From contig CBDFJQ010000002.1 of the NCBI GenBank assembly GCA_965248575.1, positions 4,352,001-4,416,000 of the forward strand: 64,000 nt of DNA, given 5' to 3'. The notes under the pieces were generated by a model. The model made no database searches. It saw only the letters and a list, made by a program, of their open reading frames with translations, and was not told the DNA's origin. Shown one piece after another: positions 57,519-64,000 of this stretch. Each line of letters starts with the position of its first letter. Position 1 is the stretch's first letter. The stretch comes from Planctomycetota bacterium (lineage in GTDB: Bacteria; Planctomycetota; B15-G4). The position numbers were made by a program, and so were the translations under genes.

Positions 57519-58055
57519 CTAGAGCAGCTCTTCGAACAGGCGTTGCTCCAGGTCCGCGTCGCCGTGGATCCGTGCCCAGGCGCGTACATAGTCGGGCCCA
57601 TGACTCGCCTCCTGGCGACCTACGGCTTCCAGTTGCTCGATCATGCCGAGTGCCTCGAACACGCGTTTCTGGAGCACGAACACATGCAGGTGTCGTTCGA
57701 ACAGGAGCGGTTCCTGCATGCCTGCGACGATGGTGGAGGGCTGCTTGCGCAGGAGCTGGTTGACGTATTTGTGCAGCATCTCGTGGAACGTGATGGTCCC
57801 GAAGAAGAAAACGTGCAGGGGTTTGCCCTCGGCCAGGATCGGCATGTCCGCTGCCGAGGACTTCAGATACGGCAGCATGTTGATGGCCAGTGGTGTCCCC
57901 ATCGAAGGCATGCGTGGGGACAGGAAGAGCGACGCGGAGTATTCGGTCCTGACGAAGGGCGTGCCGACGACCTCGACCGCCTTGCGCAGGTAGTAGGAGG
58001 CCACCATGTTTGGTTTTGGCGGATATGTGAAGGGTGTCGACTCGCAGACCCACAT
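57519..58055 (-). CDS. Hypothetical protein or 3' fragment with HExxH motif
   Basis: TFHEMLH, ends YVRAW...EELL*; 5' end unclear and abuts a DUF1801-like remnant. Confidence 0.5.
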   Translation of the reverse strand: MWVCESTPFTYPPKPNMVASYYLRKAVEVVGTPFVRTEYSASLFLSPRMPSMGTPLAINMLPYLKSSAADMPILAEGKPLHVFFFGTITFHEMLHKYVNQLLRKQPSTIVAGMQEPLLFERHLHVFVLQKRVFEALGMIEQLEAVGRQEASHGPDYVRAWARIHGDADLEQRLFEELL

Positions 58056-58069
58056 CGCCGAACAAGTCG

Positions 58070-58200
58070 TCGCCTTCGCTCATCTTCTTGAGACCCAGGC
58101 CATAGGTGGGGGCGCGATCCCCGAGGCGAACAACTTCCGTCGCGTCTGCGTGGATGGCTGTGATGATCTTGCGGAGCTGTTCTGAAGCGTTCGGCTCGGG
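58070..58200 (-). pseudogene. DUF1801 (YdhG-like) gene remnant
   Basis: LRKIITAIHADATEVVRLGDRAPTYGLGLKKMSEG, with no start and no C-terminal half. Confidence 0.5.
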
Positions 58201-58286
58201 TGTCCAGGGACCCTTCACGGCCATTGTCGGCGGGCCTGGACTGCGCAACGCTGACCTCGACAACAACATCTTCAACCTCAACCCGC

Positions 58287-59186
58287 TCAGGAGCTGGCCG
58301 GCGCGGCCGGCGCGGGCGGCGCCAGGAAGTTCAGGAGCTGGATCGGCGCGACCTGGGCCGCACGCGACCGGAGGTACCAGAAACCCTCCCACGGCGGCGT
58401 GGAGCGGATCCTCTTCGAGTAGGTGATCTTGCGATCCGGGAAGATCAGGCCGTTGTTCGTCTCGATCTCGATGGCCGAGGCTCGGGTGTACTGGTATCTG
58501 CGGAACGCGAGGAGCTTCGGATCCTCCCCGGGCCTGGCGATCAGGGGGCTCCACGGCTTTCGAAAGGGCCAGTCATGCTGGACGACGCCGGTCCTGAAAC
58601 TCCATCGGGGTCGCGTCGCCAACACGCGCCCGACGCTTACGCCGCCCGGGAGCCCGAGCGCCGTGACCTCCAGGAACTGCCCCTGCTCCAACCAGCTGCC
58701 CGTGCCCACGTGGATGTGGTACTGGCCCTCCCGGAGAGGCAGCTCTGCCCAGTTCAATGCCGCACTGCGGTGTGTCTTCTTCTCAGGGCGCCCGAAGTAC
58801 TCGTAGATCTCGTACTCGTACAGCCGCGTTGCGCCCTTCGGGGGCTTGCGACGTGGGCCCAGGTAGATCCCCTGCCCGCCCGGCACGACCTCCAACCCGG
58901 TCATCTTCCGCTTGGCGTCGTGCACCGGGAGGAGCGACAGCGTGATCCCCGTTGGGATGCTCACGTTGAGCTCCGAGTGCTTCACGCCGCGCGCCAGGGC
59001 GGCTCGTTCCAGGTTGATCCAGTTGGTCCTCGCCTGCTCGAACTCGGGGTCGACCGGCGCCCTGCCAGTCCTGGGGGCACCAAGCGTTCCGCCGGCTCGC
59101 CCATCGTTCGACGTCCCCGTGTCCGGGTTGAACGTCTTCGACCGTTCGGCGGCCGCCTCGTCCTTCTTGACCCCGGGTGCGCCCAT
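58287..59186 (-). CDS. Hypothetical protein (~299 aa), second gene of an operon with the large upstream protein
   Basis: ATG 59186 preceded by GGAGG, about 20 bp after the upstream stop; host-like codon usage. Confidence 0.7.
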   Translation of the reverse strand: MGAPGVKKDEAAAERSKTFNPDTGTSNDGRAGGTLGAPRTGRAPVDPEFEQARTNWINLERAALARGVKHSELNVSIPTGITLSLLPVHDAKRKMTGLEVVPGGQGIYLGPRRKPPKGATRLYEYEIYEYFGRPEKKTHRSAALNWAELPLREGQYHIHVGTGSWLEQGQFLEVTALGLPGGVSVGRVLATRPRWSFRTGVVQHDWPFRKPWSPLIARPGEDPKLLAFRRYQYTRASAIEIETNNGLIFPDRKITYSKRIRSTPPWEGFWYLRSRAAQVAPIQLLNFLAPPAPAAPASS

Positions 59187-59205
59187 CGTCAGACCTCCCT
59201 TGCCG

Positions 59206-62200
59206 TTACCGGCCGTCGCCGCTGCCGGGGTCCATCGACAGCTCGGTGACGCCCTCCGGAACCTTCGGGAAGAACACGCGTGCCGCCGTCTGTGCCCGTT
59301 GGTGTTCGACCTCCGAGCGCTGCTTCTGCGTCTCGATCTCCCGCCGTTCCTCGAGGTAGCGCTCGGTGGCCGGCTGGCCACCCACCTCGGCGTCCATGAA
59401 GTAGGAGCCCGTGTTCACCGTCTCCGACTGGGGCTCAAGCAGGTCCACTTCGTGGAAGCGGAACGAGCGGCCCTTGAGGTGTGCAAGCGCCTCGCGGAGG
59501 GGGCCGACGAGGTTCTGTTCCAGCGACTTGCCCGCGTCCCACTCACTCCACTCGTTGGTGAGGTTCAGCAGGCTCAAGAGCTCGAGGTCCACCGGGGCTG
59601 CATCCGTGATCCGGAGAACGTCCTTCCCGGACTGCGGCGCCATCTCGAAGCGCGTGTATGTCTTGATGACTTGTCGAGCCACGATGGCCGAGAGCAGCGC
59701 CACGCGCGCGTCCCGCTCGTCCATGTTGCACAGGATCTTGCCGAACTCCTCCAGCTGGAAGACGCGCGTGTCCGTGAGGTCGCCGCCCTTGACCAGTTCG
59801 ATGCCCGGGTCGACCACCACCTGCACGTCGGCGAGGTGCGTCCTCGTCTCGTAGAGATTCTGCACCTGGAAGAAGTGGTAGTTCATCGTGCGACCGGCAT
59901 TTGGATTGGACAGCTGCACCGTCTCCTTCTCGGCGTTCGTCTCCTCGTAGTCGGTGACGCTGAGCATGGAGAACGACACCTTGTTCTCTGCCGACGCCTC
60001 GCTGGCCACCTTCCTCAACCGGTTCGCGATGCTCTTCTTGACCGTCTCCTTCGACTCCTCGTTCGACTTCTGGCTCGTCTGGTGGCGGGTGATCGTCAGC
60101 GCGTCGGACTTCACGTCCTTGTTGATGTCCGAGGTCTCGCTCCCCGCCTTCCAGCCCACCTGCGCGCCAAGCGATCGCGACTTGCCCCGCTTGCCGTCGT
60201 ACTTCGTCGTCTCCTTGTCGCCGCCGTCTCCTTGGTCGATGTTCTCGTAGCTGGCCGTCTCCTCTTTCGACTTCGAGATGTTCCCGGTGAGGTCCATCGC
60301 CACGGACAGCGAGTCCGTCTTGCGATGCTCGTCGGTCAGCACGCGTCCTACCGTCTGTTTCCGGCCGTCGATCTCCTTGAGCGACGACTTGGACGCGTTG
60401 CGGTTCTTCTCGGTGAACGCGTCCTCGAGCCGTTCCTCGAACGACGCCGTCATCTTCCGACGCGTCACGGTGGACCGCTCCTCCTTGGTCGACATCTTCT
60501 CCGCGAGACGGGTCCGCTTCTCGATGACCAGCTCCTTCTCCTCGCCCGGGAACAGGTTCACGGAGCGGCTCAGCTCGCCGAGGCAGAAGCCCTTCCACAC
60601 GATGTCCGTGCGGTAGGTCTCCACGAACGCGATCGAAGGGAGCTGCGCCAGGCGCGTGGAGCGCGCGGGGTTCACCACGGCATTTTGCACCTCGGGTTGG
60701 ACCCGCCCGAGCCGATCGAAGACCGGCAGCAGCAGCACCACGACGTGGGGAAGCGAGGACGCCGACTCCACGAAGTCGAGGATCGGCTGGCCCTCGTTGG
60801 TGGTGTACCCGTCGCCGTCGAACTCCACGGTGTAGACCTTGGCGAGGTCGCCCTCCCCTTCGATCTCTGCGAGCAGGTCCATGAGCGGGTCGGCGTTGGG
60901 GTCCACCACGCGCTCGGCATCGATCTGCGACTCGATGACGTCGGACCGGTTCCATGCGTCGAGGAACTGGAGCCGCGCCTGGTGCAGTCCGTTGTCCACC
61001 AGGTCCTGCCGTTGATGGGTCAGCCCCACGCTCGTGTTGGACAGGACGGCGACCTGGCCCGCCAGCTTGGCCTCCTCCTGGGGTAGGAGCACATTGATGT
61101 GGTGGTCACAGATGGACATGCCGACGGCGAAGAAGTTCCGGATCTCCGCGTCTTTGTGCATGTCGTAGTAGATGTCCTGCCGGTTGCCGATCCAGATGTC
61201 CCCGATGCCCGGCTCGAACCAGGCACGCGGACGGAAGAGCGGCACCGTCTCCACGCGGATCTGGTAGCCGTGGGTCCAACCGAATCCCTCATAACGGTCG
61301 ATCTCGACCTGGTAGTCGGAGCCGCTCGACGAGAACGTGTACAGGAACTCGTGGATGCCCTGCGCGTGGCTGGACAGCCAGTCGCGGAACCGGTCGTTGT
61401 TCTGAGGTCCGCTCCCGGAACCATCCACCGGGTAGTCGGCCCATTGGAAGTACGGGAACTGCAGTTGTGCGTCCTGGAGGATCTGGCGCACGTCCCGCCA
61501 CCGCTCCGTCGAGTTCTCGATCTCGTCCTTCTGCTTCAGGAGCTGTGAGACGGTGTTGTCGGTGGTCTCGATCTCCGCGTCGAGGGCCGAGAGATCGCCG
61601 GCGATGGACGCCAGGAAGGCGTCCTGGCTCGACACCCGCGTGCGCGCGGCCGAGAAGCTGGCGGTGGACTGGTCGGAGAGACGCCCCGACAACCCGTCGC
61701 CGAGGGCTGTATCGATGTCGCTCCAGGTCTTGGAGTCCGAGACGTCCTTGCCGCCCGTGGGTATCGGTTTGAAGTCGGCGAAGCCGCGCACGCCTCCCAG
61801 CACCTGGAAGTCGTATCCGAGGTCCTTGAGTTCCTGCGGAACCTGGGCCGGATCCTCACGCACCAGGAACCCGCCGACGCGCATCTCCTGGACCAGCACG
61901 TTGCGCTCGGCGACGAGCCCCTCGAGCTTGTCGTGTGCCAGGAGGTAGCGCTTGCGGATCTCCATGATCTTGCGGTCGTGCTCGTCGACCCGGTTGATCC
62001 ACGCCTCGCTGGCCGAGGTCGGGTCGAGTTCCGTCGAGGCCTCGTCGTCGGCGGGAGCCGGGACGTCGTCCTTCACGACGTCCGCCGGGTACACGCCGGC
62101 GCTTTCCAGGTCGTCCAGTAGCTGGCTTCGGCGCTTGACCTCGAGTTTGGACAGACGGATCGCGTCATCGAGGTTCTTGAGTTCGCGGTACCAGCGCTTC

Positions 62201-63078
62201 GGACGTTCGTCGAGCAACAGAGCCCGCGTGGGCTTGCCGGGAGCTTCGGTCACGGGCTCCGGCGCCAGGCTCGAGTTGAGGTAGAGGCTCGAGTACAGGG
62301 AGTCGAGAGAGACCTTGAAGGGCTCCTTGAACTCGATGACCGTGCGGGCCCGCGGTGGCTGGACGCTCACGAAGTCGGCGAGCGCCGATTGGCTGGTCGG
62401 TCCGCCCGTCATGCCCTCGGATGCAACGGGCACCATCGGAGAGCCACCGGAGGCCGGGGGCTGCGACGGGGGCATCGGAGTGGAGGCCGGCACGCCTGTG
62501 GGAACCGGTCCCAGCACCGACTCGGCGATGGTCAGCTCCTCGAAGCGCGCGTCGCTGTTCCGCTGCGTGTAGACGCCGACGTGCGCGCCGGGCACGAGTC
62601 GGCGTTCGGGCCACGCGTACACCAGCACGCCGTCCACGAGGAACACGAGTCGCGTCGGCTCGACGACGAGCCGCAGGTCGACCGTCTCAGGCGGCGCGTC
62701 GAAGTAGCGTTCCTTGCAGTCGTACTCGAAGCGCCCCTTCTCGACGCGCCCGATGCCGAAGTCGTAGCTGGCGTACGTGCTGCTCTTGCGGTCGATGAAG
62801 AACACACTGAAGTTCTGCGCGTCGACGACGTCGAACGCGAGCCCGGTCTGGTAGGTCGAGCCGGGCGCGCAGCGCAGGTTCAGCTCGCCTGCGGTGAGCA
62901 ACAGCGGTGTCTTCGACATGGCGAGCGAGCCGGTGCCGAGCTTGGTGGTGCCAGTGGACGTCGTCTGCTGCAGGACACCCCCGTCGCCGACGGTCCAGCT
63001 GGGCGCTTCGCCGGCGCCAGGGTGGATGGTCCAGTCCGCGCCCAGCGACGCGGCCGGAATGAGCCGGGTGATCCCCAT
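59206..63078 (-). CDS. Large hypothetical protein (~1290 aa): N-terminal lectin-like sandwich, coiled coils, Ser/Thr/Lys-rich putative beta-pore-forming-like region
   Basis: ATG 63078 after GGAGAGG; SWTVGDGGVLQQT...GLAF...VGVYT; LGELSRSVNLFPGEEKELVIE; S/T-rich alternating stretch; NPNAGRTMNYHFFQV. Confidence 0.8.
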   Translation of the reverse strand: MGITRLIPAASLGADWTIHPGAGEAPSWTVGDGGVLQQTTSTGTTKLGTGSLAMSKTPLLLTAGELNLRCAPGSTYQTGLAFDVVDAQNFSVFFIDRKSSTYASYDFGIGRVEKGRFEYDCKERYFDAPPETVDLRLVVEPTRLVFLVDGVLVYAWPERRLVPGAHVGVYTQRNSDARFEELTIAESVLGPVPTGVPASTPMPPSQPPASGGSPMVPVASEGMTGGPTSQSALADFVSVQPPRARTVIEFKEPFKVSLDSLYSSLYLNSSLAPEPVTEAPGKPTRALLLDERPKRWYRELKNLDDAIRLSKLEVKRRSQLLDDLESAGVYPADVVKDDVPAPADDEASTELDPTSASEAWINRVDEHDRKIMEIRKRYLLAHDKLEGLVAERNVLVQEMRVGGFLVREDPAQVPQELKDLGYDFQVLGGVRGFADFKPIPTGGKDVSDSKTWSDIDTALGDGLSGRLSDQSTASFSAARTRVSSQDAFLASIAGDLSALDAEIETTDNTVSQLLKQKDEIENSTERWRDVRQILQDAQLQFPYFQWADYPVDGSGSGPQNNDRFRDWLSSHAQGIHEFLYTFSSSGSDYQVEIDRYEGFGWTHGYQIRVETVPLFRPRAWFEPGIGDIWIGNRQDIYYDMHKDAEIRNFFAVGMSICDHHINVLLPQEEAKLAGQVAVLSNTSVGLTHQRQDLVDNGLHQARLQFLDAWNRSDVIESQIDAERVVDPNADPLMDLLAEIEGEGDLAKVYTVEFDGDGYTTNEGQPILDFVESASSLPHVVVLLLPVFDRLGRVQPEVQNAVVNPARSTRLAQLPSIAFVETYRTDIVWKGFCLGELSRSVNLFPGEEKELVIEKRTRLAEKMSTKEERSTVTRRKMTASFEERLEDAFTEKNRNASKSSLKEIDGRKQTVGRVLTDEHRKTDSLSVAMDLTGNISKSKEETASYENIDQGDGGDKETTKYDGKRGKSRSLGAQVGWKAGSETSDINKDVKSDALTITRHQTSQKSNEESKETVKKSIANRLRKVASEASAENKVSFSMLSVTDYEETNAEKETVQLSNPNAGRTMNYHFFQVQNLYETRTHLADVQVVVDPGIELVKGGDLTDTRVFQLEEFGKILCNMDERDARVALLSAIVARQVIKTYTRFEMAPQSGKDVLRITDAAPVDLELLSLLNLTNEWSEWDAGKSLEQNLVGPLREALAHLKGRSFRFHEVDLLEPQSETVNTGSYFMDAEVGGQPATERYLEERREIETQKQRSEVEHQRAQTAARVFFPKVPEGVTELSMDPGSGDGR

Positions 63079-63741
63079 GGTCCTCTCCCTCCGACGCGCG
63101 CGGCGTCGCAGGCAGGGCACACCCTCCTGACGGTTCACCCTGCCGTGGTGGCTGACAGATGCCCTCGCCCAGGTCCACCCTAGCAGGCACCCGGGAACGC
63201 GTGCGGTCGCGGCAAGCGGAACATTGTTCCCGAGGGACGGCGGCCCACACCCAGCGCCCGATCCCTCAGGGCACGACGCCCCTCGCAGCGTTGTCTACGA
63301 ATACCGGCGTGGACCATTCCCAGGCCACGGGATCTGGACGACCGAAGCGGGAGCGGAGCCGAGAACGACAAGCGTCAGCTATCGCATCAAGCTGTTTGCG
63401 ACCAACGCGGTCACTCGGTTCGCATCGGCGAACGCGTTCTTTCGATGGAAGCACACCCGATGATGTGCAACGGGTCTTGGCCTGCCTGGAATACCGCTGA
63501 GGGAGGCTGCGATCGGTGATGCGGGTCCCTCGATCCGGCGAGAGAGAGTTACGGCCGATGTCGTCGAGCGTCAGTCACGTCCTCGCGATCAGTCGCACCT
63601 GGCCAACGACCCGGGTTGCCGTTCACGCAGCCGTCGGGCCCGGATCGCGCGGGGAGTGCGAGCCGGGAGCCCTCTCTCCGGCGCCTCCGCGCCCCTTGAG
63701 GACACGAAAGCCACCGATCGGGCATTTCGTCGAGGTTTGGC

Positions 63742-63757
63742 TTGAACGATCACTCAA
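63742..63757. promoter_or_regulatory. Imperfect palindrome, likely TetR operator
   Basis: TTGAACGATCACTCAA about 40 bp upstream of the TetR gene. Confidence 0.55.
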
Positions 63758-63797
63758 ATCGAACTAGGGTGCTGAACATCGCCTCCGGAAGACGCCC

Positions 63798-64000
63798 ATG
63801 TCCCTCTCGACACGTGAACGGCTGATCGACAGCTCCCGCCGGCTCTTTCATGAGCAGGGTTTCGAGGCCACTGGAGTTGCGCAGGTGCTGCGCTCGGCTG
63901 ACCTGCACGCGGGCTCCCTCTATCACTACTTTTCCGGCAAGCAGGCACTGCTCGAAGGCGTCCTGCAGCGCTACGAGGAGCAGCTCGGGCCGCTCGTGAT
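63798..64000 (+). CDS. TetR/AcrR family regulator (partial, runs off the window)
   Basis: MSLSTRERLIDSSRRLFHEQGFEATGVAQVLRSADLHAGSLYHYFSGKQALL; not in the ORF track. Confidence 0.9.
   Translation, partial: MSLSTRERLIDSSRRLFHEQGFEATGVAQVLRSADLHAGSLYHYFSGKQALLEGVLQRYEEQLGPLV

Noticed and set aside
63224..63500. Possible SRPBCC-like gene remnant (VVYEYRRGPFPGHGIW...)
   Set aside because: Short, frameshifted and without a start; similarity too weak to call

Overview
High-GC bacterial DNA, probably Planctomycetota (inferred from a TIGR02999-type ECF sigma factor beside a TPR-bearing Ser/Thr kinase and many secreted FG-GAP, beta-helix and carboxypeptidase-like proteins). The left part (1-19.3 kb) holds a membrane-anchored Clp-like AAA protein, PolX-PHP, a Na+/proline symporter, rlmF and tRNA-Asp(GTC). 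It also holds two things the ORF track does not call as such. One is a candidate RiPP locus: two translationally coupled B12-dependent radical SAM genes with RRE-like C-termini, followed by a 56-aa peptide gene. The other is a divergent SelT/SelW/SelH (Rdx) selenoprotein with an in-frame TGA (CxxU) and a clear bacterial SECIS-like hairpin. The region around and after the tRNA is an accessory patchwork of secreted-protein genes. Several unrelated passengers there end in the same ~120-aa C-terminal domain, a candidate undescribed sorting or anchoring module. The region is littered with duplicated gene 3' ends, direct repeats and remnants, and it encodes two candidate pore-forming-toxin-like proteins. 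No CRISPR array, rRNA, intact integrase or intact transposase was seen. Family assignments come from motif recognition by eye, not from database searches.
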